The notes: generated from the sequence alone by a model not told the origin. A stretch of DNA of 64,000 bases from Bacteroidales bacterium (GCA_024402135.1 JAKSJN010000010.1:6074-70073); one strand, 5' to 3'. Numbered from the stretch's first letter, positions 29,271 through 37,441 are shown. Made by a program: numbers and translations.

Positions 29271-29750
29271 TTAATTGTTCATCTGTTTCAATTCTTCTTT
29301 GATTCTGTGAAGCTGGAAGGAAACGTTCTTGACTGATATGCCGATTATGGCTCCTATCTCCTCATACGACATTCCCTCAAGCCAGAGGAGAATAATGGCA
29401 CGGTCAATCAGCCCCAGGCCGTTGATCCTGTCATAAAGGCGCTTGGTCTGAAGCGATCTGTCGCTGATACCTTCAAACGGGTCGATGTCAATGCTGAGAG
29501 GCAGGTGCTGCCCTTCGCGTTTCCTTTTCTTCTGCAAGTTCAGGCAGCAGTTCATGGCGATTCTGAACACCCATGTTCTGGCATCGGATTCCCCGCGAAA
29601 ATCATCGTAGCCCTTCCACAGTTTGACAAGTACTTCCTGGAACAGGTCGTCGACTTCATCCCTGTCCTTTGAAAACATCAGGCAAACAGTATAGATTGTG
29701 CTCTTATGCCGTTCGACCATTTTTGTGAATTCCAGTTCCTTTATGTCCAT
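29271..29750 (-). CDS. ECF RNA polymerase sigma-70 factor
   Basis: Start reassigned to MDIKELEF; DDLFQEVLVKLWK, RTWVFRIAMN, LWLEGMSYEEIGAIIGIS. Confidence 0.92.
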   Translation of the reverse strand: MDIKELEFTKMVERHKSTIYTVCLMFSKDRDEVDDLFQEVLVKLWKGYDDFRGESDARTWVFRIAMNCCLNLQKKRKREGQHLPLSIDIDPFEGISDRSLQTKRLYDRINGLGLIDRAIILLWLEGMSYEEIGAIIGISVKNVSFQLHRIKEELKQMNN

Positions 29751-29943
29751 CTTCAAGTGAATCAAACACTCATTAGACAACGAAGTTGCATAAAAACTAT
29801 ATAAAAACACTAAAAATAGCTGTGGGTATGATTATCCCTTGATAGTCGACACTCAATATTTATTGATATTCGCAATAATATTTATCGTTTTTCGTAAAAT
29901 TGGCATTACCTTTGCTTTTGAGTTTTGAAAACGATAAATCATT

Positions 29944-30420
29944 ATGAAACTTTCAAATCAAAGGGCTATCAAAACCATCAGTCTCGTTGCTCTTGCTATA
30001 GGAGCCATTTATCTGTTCTTTGTCTATTACAGCACCGTCTGTTGTTTGTGGTTCAATGAAGCTCCCGACAGAATCATATGGAGCACAACTCAGAAACCTT
30101 GGCAGATTGCTGTTCTGGCGGGCTATGTATTAGGGGCAACGGCAGTATTCTCACTGTGCTCAGCTATAGAGATTAACATTCTGAAGGGCTTGAAGTCCGG
30201 TAATCTCTTTCCTTTCAAGAATTTCGTCCTCATTATCCTTACAGCCATAATGGTAGGAGTCACAATATTCTTCAAGGCCAATGTCAATGATGTGATGAAA
30301 GGAGTCGAATGCTCTGTCCTGGACAGCAACTGCATTTTCGTTCCACTCGTCATAATTGTATTCGGTCTTCTATATAAACAAGCCTCCCTTGCGATGGAGG
30401 ATAGTAATCTTGCCATTTAA
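29944..30420 (+). CDS. DUF2975-like membrane protein
   Basis: 4 TMs; GNLF motif; C-terminus A..EDSNLAI; upstream of a Cro/C1 HTH gene. Confidence 0.72.
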   Translation: MKLSNQRAIKTISLVALAIGAIYLFFVYYSTVCCLWFNEAPDRIIWSTTQKPWQIAVLAGYVLGATAVFSLCSAIEINILKGLKSGNLFPFKNFVLIILTAIMVGVTIFFKANVNDVMKGVECSVLDSNCIFVPLVIIVFGLLYKQASLAMEDSNLAI

Positions 30421-30432
30421 TCTTAGAAAAGT

Positions 30433-30888
30433 ATGAAAATCAAGAATCAGAGGTCGCTGATCTCATTATGCTATTTAACCCTCTTCTTTTGTGCTCTATG
30501 CCTGTATGTCGCGGCAGCTGATATTATTTCAGGCCTTAAAGGATTTGAATTCTCCCCTGACCCGAAATTTCCGCATTACTTTATATTCTATGGGAAGCAT
30601 TTTTTCTCCATTGCTCTGGTTGGGGTACTGTCTGCCATAATTGTCAACACTCTCAAGGGGATAAAGACCAACAATGCTTTCCCAAAAAAGAATGTCACAC
30701 TGATTTATGTTCTTGCGGTTGTGGATATGCTGATGCATTTCTGCTCTTGCAACTGGCATATTCTGAATGGAGAAAGATATATCAGTATTGATGGCGATGT
30801 CCTGATTACTCCTATGGTGCTGGTTATATTTGGAATACTATACTCAATGGCACATAAAGCATCTGTTGACAGCAATCTTGCGATATGA
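30433..30888 (+). CDS. DUF2975-like membrane protein (paralog)
   Basis: 4 TMs; NAFPKKN; C-terminus ASVDSNLAI; ATGA overlap with the HTH gene. Confidence 0.72.
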   Translation: MKIKNQRSLISLCYLTLFFCALCLYVAAADIISGLKGFEFSPDPKFPHYFIFYGKHFFSIALVGVLSAIIVNTLKGIKTNNAFPKKNVTLIYVLAVVDMLMHFCSCNWHILNGERYISIDGDVLITPMVLVIFGILYSMAHKASVDSNLAI

Positions 30889-31124
30889 TTACAATTAACC
30901 TTGACATAGTCCTTGCCACAAGGCGGATGACTCTAAGCGAATTGTCCGAAAAGGTGGATGTGAACCTGACAAACCTATCCATCCTCAAGACCGGCAAGGC
31001 GAGGGCCATACGCTTCACCACCCTCAATGCCATCTGCCGTGTTTTGAACTGTAAACCCGGGGATATTCTTGACTATGAGCCGGATCCGGAAGGAATCCAG
31101 ATCCTGGAGGAAGACGATGAATAA
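30885..31124 (+). CDS. Cro/C1-type HTH regulator (YozG-like)
   Basis: NLDIVLATRRMTLSELSEKV...NLSILKTGKARAIRFTTLNAICRVLNCKPGDIL. Confidence 0.92.
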   Translation: MITINLDIVLATRRMTLSELSEKVDVNLTNLSILKTGKARAIRFTTLNAICRVLNCKPGDILDYEPDPEGIQILEEDDE

Positions 31125-31126
31125 TA

Positions 31127-31777
31127 ATGCGAGAACTTCTTTGCATATCTATTTTGCTGAGTCTGGGCGTAATCGGTCTTAGGGCGCAGGAGTATCCAGT
31201 TACCGTCCTTGACGGGCAGAAAATGCAGATCGATTCAACATTCTTGAGTACAATGACGAAGCCGGCAGTGTCGTCAACCTTCCTGCATCCGCGGTTCAAT
31301 GAGTTACAGGTCCCATCAATATTGGTGATGCCCCAAGGTTTCGAGACCATGGAACAGCGGGCTGCGAGAATCAATTTCCAGACTTTCAACTCTGTAATGA
31401 CGTCCGTTGACCTGAATCTGTACTGGCACAGACTCCCAAAGATGCCAAAGCCCTGGAAGCAGACACTTGGAGCGGCAAAACTATTTCTGTCGAATCCCAA
31501 TGGCTTCCCGGAAGGATGCGTGCCGTTGATGAATGCATCATTTCCTTTTATCTATGCAAAGATTCCCGGCATGGCGCCTTATGACAATCCGTATACGTCC
31601 GATCAGTTCCCGAAATGCATAGATTCCGAATATGATTTCGCAACAGGGACTTATAAACAAGTGATGGTTGACTGGGCGGAAGTGCAGAATAGAATGTCCG
31701 CCACCGGCCAGTCTAGCCAACCTGTTCCTTCCGTTCCTATTACTCCAGTCGAGAGGATGATGCACGGAACGCAATAA
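31127..31777 (+). CDS. Hypothetical secreted protein
   Basis: Signal peptide ending LRAQ; 2-bp gap after the HTH gene; Pro-rich; no recognised motif. Confidence 0.65.
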   Translation: MRELLCISILLSLGVIGLRAQEYPVTVLDGQKMQIDSTFLSTMTKPAVSSTFLHPRFNELQVPSILVMPQGFETMEQRAARINFQTFNSVMTSVDLNLYWHRLPKMPKPWKQTLGAAKLFLSNPNGFPEGCVPLMNASFPFIYAKIPGMAPYDNPYTSDQFPKCIDSEYDFATGTYKQVMVDWAEVQNRMSATGQSSQPVPSVPITPVERMMHGTQ

Positions 31778-31792
31778 AAGCACCTCAAAAAG

Positions 31793-32165
31793 ATGTATAG
31801 AAATTCTATTGTCCATAATAGCCATTCTTCATATCACTATTATCGCAAATGCTCAGAGCGATCATACGATATTCGAACGAGTCGTCAATGAGCAGGGACA
31901 AGGGATAGAATAAGTCAACATCGGAATACCGAAGGACACCGTTTTCACCGTTTCCGATATCAACGGCTATTTCTCCCTGGATATTCCAAAAAGCAAAACC
32001 AATTCGGACGAATATGGCACCGTACTTTTTGAAGAGGCGCAAAAAATCCTTCCAAATTACGGGATGACACTAAGAAAAGATATGACAGACGGAGACCCTG
32101 ACTATGAAGAAAATTTCACAGTTATCTATAAAACAAAATGCCCCTCAGCATTGGTCTGCGTGTAG
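31793..32165 (+). pseudogene. Chimeric pseudogene: signal peptide + carboxypeptidase-regulatory-like domain fused to an N-acetylmuramoyl-L-alanine amidase (amidase_3) fragment
   Basis: Removing one A near 31801 gives MYRILLSIIAILHITIIANAQ...VVNEQGQGIE*(TAA 31911)VNIGI...TVSDINGYFSLDIP, then in frame KTNSDEYGTVLFEEAQKILP..GMTLRKDMTDGDPDYEENFTVIYKTKCPSAL. Confidence 0.75.
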
Positions 32166-32309
32166 TTGGTATAGAATATCTTGACTAGTTCTTTGGCTTG
32201 AAATACTTATGTCGACAATTAGTCGGTAAACATGAGCGATCGAATAGGGGGAAATACAGAATAAGACATATTTTTTGCTAAGCATCGAGTTTTTTCTTAC
32301 ATTTACCCA

Positions 32310-32317
32310 TAATTTTG
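32310..32317 (+). promoter_or_regulatory. Candidate -7 box (TAATTTTG) for the TIGR04255 operon
   Basis: TAnnTTTG match 47 nt upstream of ATG 32365; AT-rich context makes a chance match possible. Confidence 0.4.
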
Positions 32318-32364
32318 GGGATGTTGGCCTCATATTTGTGTAATTTGAAGAAAAACATTTGGTT

Positions 32365-33096
32365 ATGACTAATCAACACCTTCCTATAAGGCTTAAAAAT
32401 TGCCCTATTGTTGATGCTCTTCTTGAGATACGCTTCACTTCAAATCTCAATAGAAGTGCAGTGTTTGGTTACATTTATAGCCTTTTGCAGAATTCTTATC
32501 CAGGACCTGTATGTAATCTTCCTTTGTCTCAGATTCCTGATGCAATAAGAGAAAAGGATCCGAATCTTCAATTTAAACCCATCTATAGAATAGATGGTAC
32601 TGAAACAGTCCTTCAAATTGGGCCTGATGTGATTACTCTTAGCTCCAAGTTGCCCTATATCGGGTGGGACAAATTAGAGTTACAAGCAATTGAAATTATC
32701 TCTCGGCTTAAAGACAAGGGTGCGATAGACAAGGTCCTTCGTTTTGGGCATAGGTATATTAATTTCTTTGAAGGATGCATTGATGAACGATTGAATATGT
32801 CTGTCAACTTTGTTGATGGCTATTGTGCAAAGAATATCCAAATTAGGTCAGAAGTTAGCGATGGTTTTTTCACGAACACTTTGCAATATTCTAATTCCGC
32901 CGAGTATCGCCCAGTAGATATCTCCGTTGTAAAAAAAGGCTCCATTATTGATATTGATACATTTAGGTTTTACTCTGATGATTATTTTCTTAACAACATT
33001 AAGGAAGAAATCAACACAGCTCACGTTAGCGAAAAGAATCTATTTTATTCTTTGTTAAAACCCGATTTCATCATTGAACTTAATCCAGAATATTAA
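32365..33096 (+). CDS. TIGR04255 family protein
   Basis: LKNCPIVDALLEIRF, YP, LQIGPDVI, PYIGWD, RFGHRYINFF, IIDID, C-terminal LFYSLL pattern; ATG at 32365 (track start is an upstream TTG). Confidence 0.8.
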   Translation: MTNQHLPIRLKNCPIVDALLEIRFTSNLNRSAVFGYIYSLLQNSYPGPVCNLPLSQIPDAIREKDPNLQFKPIYRIDGTETVLQIGPDVITLSSKLPYIGWDKLELQAIEIISRLKDKGAIDKVLRFGHRYINFFEGCIDERLNMSVNFVDGYCAKNIQIRSEVSDGFFTNTLQYSNSAEYRPVDISVVKKGSIIDIDTFRFYSDDYFLNNIKEEINTAHVSEKNLFYSLLKPDFIIELNPEY

Positions 33097-33098
33097 AC

Positions 33099-33413
33099 AT
33101 GGATACATATTCTTCTAATTATTTGCTTCTCCCTGGTCTTTCTGCGATTACATTGACAGTAACAGGAGTGTCCCCGATAAATGTATGTGATATTGATTAT
33201 TCCCCTAGTAAAATAGTGGAAGTATTCGTTAATCCAACTTGTCCATATTCACCTTCTACTAGTTCAACGACTAACGAAACCATAATCATTAATAAAGATT
33301 TGGATGATCTTCTTGCAATCGAGTCTTTTGCCCGTAAAATATTGGATGGGATGACTCCTATTGAAGAGTCAATACAATCAGTGATTAACGACCATTTCTG
33401 GGAGATGCTATGA
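33099..33413 (+). CDS. Small acidic protein (candidate antitoxin)
   Basis: 2-bp gap from the upstream stop and ATGA overlap with the downstream gene; S/T/P-rich N-half and helical acidic C-half ending DHFWEML. Confidence 0.7.
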   Translation: MDTYSSNYLLLPGLSAITLTVTGVSPINVCDIDYSPSKIVEVFVNPTCPYSPSTSSTTNETIIINKDLDDLLAIESFARKILDGMTPIEESIQSVINDHFWEML

Positions 33414-34042
33414 TTCTAGATGATGAGATAAAAATATATCTCCCAAAATATTTATCTGCGGAAAATTACGAAACTCTCATTAGAGAATTAAAGTCTTTCC
33501 CAGATAATATCGATGGTAGGATGTATACTACAATAGCAGAAGAAAATCTGCTCTGTCAAGGTGATGTTATTAGCAATATGCCTGTCGTAGAAATTGAGCA
33601 TCTGGATAAACCAATAAAAAATAAGGATTGTATCATTCTTTCAAATACTTGCGATATCAATTTAGACAATTCGAGATTATTCCCCGCCCGCATAATGTAT
33701 GCGCCACTAGTTGAATTAAAGAAGTATAAGGAAGTTCTTCTAAAATATCCAGGCAATAGTGAGCAGAAAGTAAACGACCACATTGCAAGTATAAAGAGTC
33801 AAAAAATATCACAGATTTTATATCTTCCTACTAATGGGGAAATGCAGGAATCTATTGTGTTCCTTGACCGAGTCCTGAATATTGATAGCCGATATATAGA
33901 TAGGATGACGCTCAAAGAAAGACGAGTGGTATCTTTAAGTGATTATGGATTTTACATGTTTCTTTTCAAAATATCGGTTCATTTTTCTAGAATGCAGGAA
34001 AATGTAACCAGAGGCTGCAAAGAAAAATCAGGGGATAATTGA
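33410..34042 (+). CDS. Hypothetical protein with PemK/MazF-like motif order (candidate toxin)
   Basis: QGDVI...CIILSNTCD...MYAPL...LYLP...IVFLDRVLNID...VSLS...C-terminal helix follows the PemK/MazF strand order; fold call is by eye. Confidence 0.6.
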   Translation: MILDDEIKIYLPKYLSAENYETLIRELKSFPDNIDGRMYTTIAEENLLCQGDVISNMPVVEIEHLDKPIKNKDCIILSNTCDINLDNSRLFPARIMYAPLVELKKYKEVLLKYPGNSEQKVNDHIASIKSQKISQILYLPTNGEMQESIVFLDRVLNIDSRYIDRMTLKERRVVSLSDYGFYMFLFKISVHFSRMQENVTRGCKEKSGDN

Positions 34043-34106
34043 TTCTTGCCATTTGTCAACGGAACTGTAAACGAAAACAGATAACCGACTGATGCACAAC
34101 GGTATA

Positions 34107-34332
34107 TCGATTCCCGCTCGAGGCACAGAAAAAGACAGCTATTCAGCTGTCTTTTTCCTATTCATTGGATGAGCGACCACCCTGTAAGGTTGCAGCCTGT
34201 ATTGGTTGGAGGATTTTCCACAGGAAGAAGGCGGAAATGATGGTGCCAAGAAGCAGCGCGATGACCGAGGCCTCGGGACCGAATGAGCCGCCGGTGATGA
34301 TATCGGGGCCGTCGATATTCGCCGTAAAAATG
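34107..34332 (+). repeat. 226-bp direct repeat, copy 2 (attR side)
   Basis: Begins with the last 19 nt of tRNA-Leu (tcgattcccgctcgaggca), includes the terminator copy at 34129-34156 and the true CPBP 3' end. Confidence 0.95.
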
Positions 34333-35024
34333 GATTCTCCCGCATCTTCTCCAGATACTGCGAAGCCAAAGACATTGCCTTGGGTGAAGTTCCATGCCCA
34401 ATGGATGCCGATTGGCAACCATAGAGAATTCGAGTATTTGTAGGCGGCTCCGAGCAGGATTCCAGCTTCCATCACAATTGCAACAGAACTCCATATGCTT
34501 GCGCCTGGATTGAACATATGGGCAAACCCAAAGATCAGGGCAGAAATACCCAATGCCCACCACAATCCGAATCTGTCATCTATCAGCCTGAAGATGACGC
34601 CGCGGAATATGACTTCTTCGCAACAGGCTACAAGAAAAAAGAGGCAAAGGTTCGAGATTATATCGGACCAGTGCGGCGAGACGTATTGTATACTGTAACA
34701 ACCTGTCACATAGAGCAGCCCTGTCAGCAATACGAAGAATGAGAATCCGATCAAGACGCCGCAGAGAATGTTCTTTCCTTCATTTCTGGCCAATAATTCC
34801 CATTTCCATTGCTTTTCAAACAACCGTGTCCATCGCCGGAATATCGCAAGAATGAATACAGCAACAATGAGCACTGCAACATCTTTTGCGACCGGCTGAG
34901 GGATACCCCAGAAGCCTATGCCAATACCGTAAAGGACAGTAAAGAGGATAACGCCAAGGATTAATTCCAATATCCATTTCCACAATGGAAGTGAATCACT
35001 CTTATATTGTCTGCCAATCGACAT
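34158..35024 (-). CDS. CPBP family (Abi/CAAX-like) intramembrane glutamic endopeptidase
   Basis: ACCEEVIFRG, FGFAH, IGIHWAWN, TGGSFGPEAS; multiple TMs. Confidence 0.92.
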   Translation of the reverse strand: MSIGRQYKSDSLPLWKWILELILGVILFTVLYGIGIGFWGIPQPVAKDVAVLIVAVFILAIFRRWTRLFEKQWKWELLARNEGKNILCGVLIGFSFFVLLTGLLYVTGCYSIQYVSPHWSDIISNLCLFFLVACCEEVIFRGVIFRLIDDRFGLWWALGISALIFGFAHMFNPGASIWSSVAIVMEAGILLGAAYKYSNSLWLPIGIHWAWNFTQGNVFGFAVSGEDAGESIFTANIDGPDIITGGSFGPEASVIALLLGTIISAFFLWKILQPIQAATLQGGRSSNE

Positions 35025-35070
35025 GATACTGGTTGTTTAGTTCTCTGGAAGGAATAATATCAAACACTGC

Positions 35071-36114
35071 CTATTTCTTCGCTGCAGGGCTGTATTTTTT
35101 CTTCAGGTCTTCAAGATACTGACCGCTGAAGTCAACCTTGAGCTCTACCCAAAGAGGAAGGTGGTCTGACATCTGGAAAGTTCTCCATGTCTTCCTGAAG
35201 TAGTCCTGGACATTGCCCTTTGCCACCTGCTTTGCATCCATCAGTGGGACATATGCCTCATAGTCGTTCTCGTTGTAGACTGTCTTGGTAAAGTTGAACG
35301 AGCCCGCATGCTGTATGTTCTCGTCGAATATCTGCATGGTATCGGACAGATGAAGGTTGAATGCAATCTGGTCGTAGTGGTTAGTTTCTCCAAGGTCAGT
35401 CGGATGCTCCTTGATCGGGGACGGAATGTGGAAACCGTTCTCCTCGAGGGCGGTCATATATCTGTCGTCCACCTTAGGGATGTTGAAGTCACCGAGGACA
35501 ACGTAGTTCGTATCTTCCTTGGCTGCTCTCTTGGTCAGGAATTTTGCAAGACTGGCAATCTCTTTCTCTCTCCTGGCCAGACCTTCCTTGCCGCTGCCGT
35601 AGTAGATATGGACGGTTGCGATGTTAAACTTGAACCAACCTGCCTGGAACGACACACAGAACGGGGTACGGGCAAACTGCAGCTCGTCAATGAGTCCATC
35701 CTTCGGCAGGACTATTTCGCCAGCCATATTCTTGAACGTGACCTTGTTTGTATCATACAGGAAAGCTATGCACTCTCCATTGCCAGGAGCGCCCTCGGTG
35801 GTATCGGTGGCTATATGGCTCCAGTTCTTTCCAAGTATCGACACAACTTTCTCCAGCTCCTGCCTCTGGTCACGGACTTCCTGGATGGCGATGAGGTCGA
35901 AGCGGCTAAGGATCTCAGCTATATAGTACAGACTCTCCTTGGTGCGGGAGTCCTTTCCGAATGCACGAATGTTCCAGGTCGCCAGCAGGAGGGAGTTGCG
36001 TGCGGTCTTTTCGGGGATTTCCCTGTCAAGCTGCGCCCTGAGGGCAATCAGGTTGTCGATGGTACGCTGTCTCATTGCAGCATCCTTGATCTGTTTGATT
36101 CCGGTGTATAGCAT
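35071..36114 (-). CDS. Endonuclease/exonuclease/phosphatase (DNase I-like) family protein without signal peptide
   Basis: ATWNIRAF, IAIQEV, VHIYYG, LGDFNI, YDQI, SDHLP. Confidence 0.88.
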   Translation of the reverse strand: MLYTGIKQIKDAAMRQRTIDNLIALRAQLDREIPEKTARNSLLLATWNIRAFGKDSRTKESLYYIAEILSRFDLIAIQEVRDQRQELEKVVSILGKNWSHIATDTTEGAPGNGECIAFLYDTNKVTFKNMAGEIVLPKDGLIDELQFARTPFCVSFQAGWFKFNIATVHIYYGSGKEGLARREKEIASLAKFLTKRAAKEDTNYVVLGDFNIPKVDDRYMTALEENGFHIPSPIKEHPTDLGETNHYDQIAFNLHLSDTMQIFDENIQHAGSFNFTKTVYNENDYEAYVPLMDAKQVAKGNVQDYFRKTWRTFQMSDHLPLWVELKVDFSGQYLEDLKKKYSPAAKK

Positions 36115-36218
36115 AATCTTGGTTCATGTGTGGTGAACAAATATATAAAAAGAATTAAAATCTTCACCTGTCTCTATCATCTTCTCGAGGTTGGGAAAAG
36201 CCGTTGCTCCAGCCACAG

Positions 36219-36256
36219 AAAAAGCCTGGTATTCAGAACTAGAATACCAGGCTTTT
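36219..36256. terminator. Intrinsic terminator downstream of the esterase
   Basis: Perfect 15-bp stem aaaagcctggtattc/gaataccaggctttt. Confidence 0.85.
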
Positions 36257-36292
36257 GTTTTCTACACCCCGGATAAGCTGGACTGTGCCATG

Positions 36293-37441
36293 CTATTTGA
36301 AAGCCTTCTGAGCGAACTCGTAAAGGCTGCGGCGCCATGTGTGCCACTCGTGGGCTGTGCCCTCGGATACGTAGCTTACTGCATTCACACCGATCTTCTT
36401 GAGAGCCGCAGCCTGCTCTACTGCAGGACGGTTCTCCTTGCTGCCTGTGCTCATGAAGATGAGCTTCGCAGTCTTCTCGAGTCCCTTTGCCTCCTGGAAA
36501 GCCTCGACTGTCATGCTGCCGCCGCTGAACATTCCGATGTAACCGAACATTGTAGGGTTTGCAAGAGCGATTCGGCCTGTCTGGCCGCCACCCATTGAAA
36601 GACCTGCCATACCGCGATGTGCAGCATCGGTATAAACACGGAACTCAGTTTCTACCATAGGGATGATGTCATTGAGAAGAACAACCTGGAATGCATCGTT
36701 TGCGGCTGCACCCTCAGCTGGAGCATACTTGCCGGTGAGGTGGATGTTCTGTCCCTGGCCATAATCCATGACGATGATGAACGGAACGGCCTTCTTCTCT
36801 GCGATCAGGTTGTCCATGATCTGGGCGGTGTGACCCTGAACTGCCCATCCGTACTCATTCTCGGCATTTCCATGCTGAAGGTAAAGGACTGGATATTTCT
36901 TGGTTGGATTCAGGTCGTACTCGTGAGGGAGATATACATAGCAGTGACGCATGCTCTCGGTTGTCTTTGACCAGTAGTACTTCTCTACGATAGAGCCCTG
37001 AGGAACATCCTTGACCTGCCAGAAATCCATGTCGGTTGACGGAATCTCGATTCCGCTGCCCCAACGGCCTGCGCCGAAGAATGACACGGTGCCTGGATCA
37101 GGCATAGGGGTGCCGTCAACGATGATCTGGTAATAGTGGAAGCCGACATCCTGCGGAGCTGAAGTACCGGTCCATACGCCGTTCTCATCCTTGGTCATCT
37201 CGTAGCGGCGGCCCAGGTCGAGCTGAACTGAGGTAGCGCCTGGTGCACGGAGCTGTACACGAACGGCACCCTCGGAATTGACCATAGGATACTGCTTGCC
37301 TGGCTGGTTTACGAGATTGGGCTTGAAATCCTCTTTTGTGGCTGTGTAAGAAGGAACGGTAGCGTTTCTCTGCTGCTGGGCATTTGCCGAAACAGCGGTA
37401 AGCATCATGATAGACATGATGGGGAGAAGAAACTTTTTCAT
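36293..37441 (-). CDS. Secreted carbohydrate esterase (CE1-like feruloyl/acetylxylan esterase) with N-terminal CBM48-like domain
   Basis: Signal peptide; YPVLYLQHG, GLSMGG nucleophile elbow, HEWHTWRRSL. Confidence 0.88.
   Translation of the reverse strand: MKKFLLPIMSIMMLTAVSANAQQQRNATVPSYTATKEDFKPNLVNQPGKQYPMVNSEGAVRVQLRAPGATSVQLDLGRRYEMTKDENGVWTGTSAPQDVGFHYYQIIVDGTPMPDPGTVSFFGAGRWGSGIEIPSTDMDFWQVKDVPQGSIVEKYYWSKTTESMRHCYVYLPHEYDLNPTKKYPVLYLQHGNAENEYGWAVQGHTAQIMDNLIAEKKAVPFIIVMDYGQGQNIHLTGKYAPAEGAAANDAFQVVLLNDIIPMVETEFRVYTDAAHRGMAGLSMGGGQTGRIALANPTMFGYIGMFSGGSMTVEAFQEAKGLEKTAKLIFMSTGSKENRPAVEQAAALKKIGVNAVSYVSEGTAHEWHTWRRSLYEFAQKAFK

Larger units (their letters stand above)
28331..34332. mobile_element. 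Integrase-less genomic islet at tRNA-Leu (5776-bp repeat-to-repeat unit), probably a decayed integrative element or prophage
   Basis: Direct repeats include the tRNA 3' end; AT-rich cargo; pseudogene fragments; no integrase in the window. Confidence 0.85.

Noticed and set aside
29770-29792. ECF-type autoregulatory promoter (GCAACTT...GTCTAA) upstream of the sigma gene
   Set aside because: Only 4 nt separate the elements, far shorter than the usual ~16
31806-32042. 78-aa minus-strand ORF as a real islet gene
   Set aside because: It is antisense to the better-supported chimeric pseudogene on the plus strand
36184-36190. CTCGAGG as a third att copy closing an older island
   Set aside because: Only 7 bp match the tRNA end, which is expected by chance
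28331-36200. Integrase, transposase or CRISPR array associated with the islet
   Set aside because: No ORF has tyrosine/serine recombinase or DDE motifs, and no regularly spaced repeats were seen anywhere in the window
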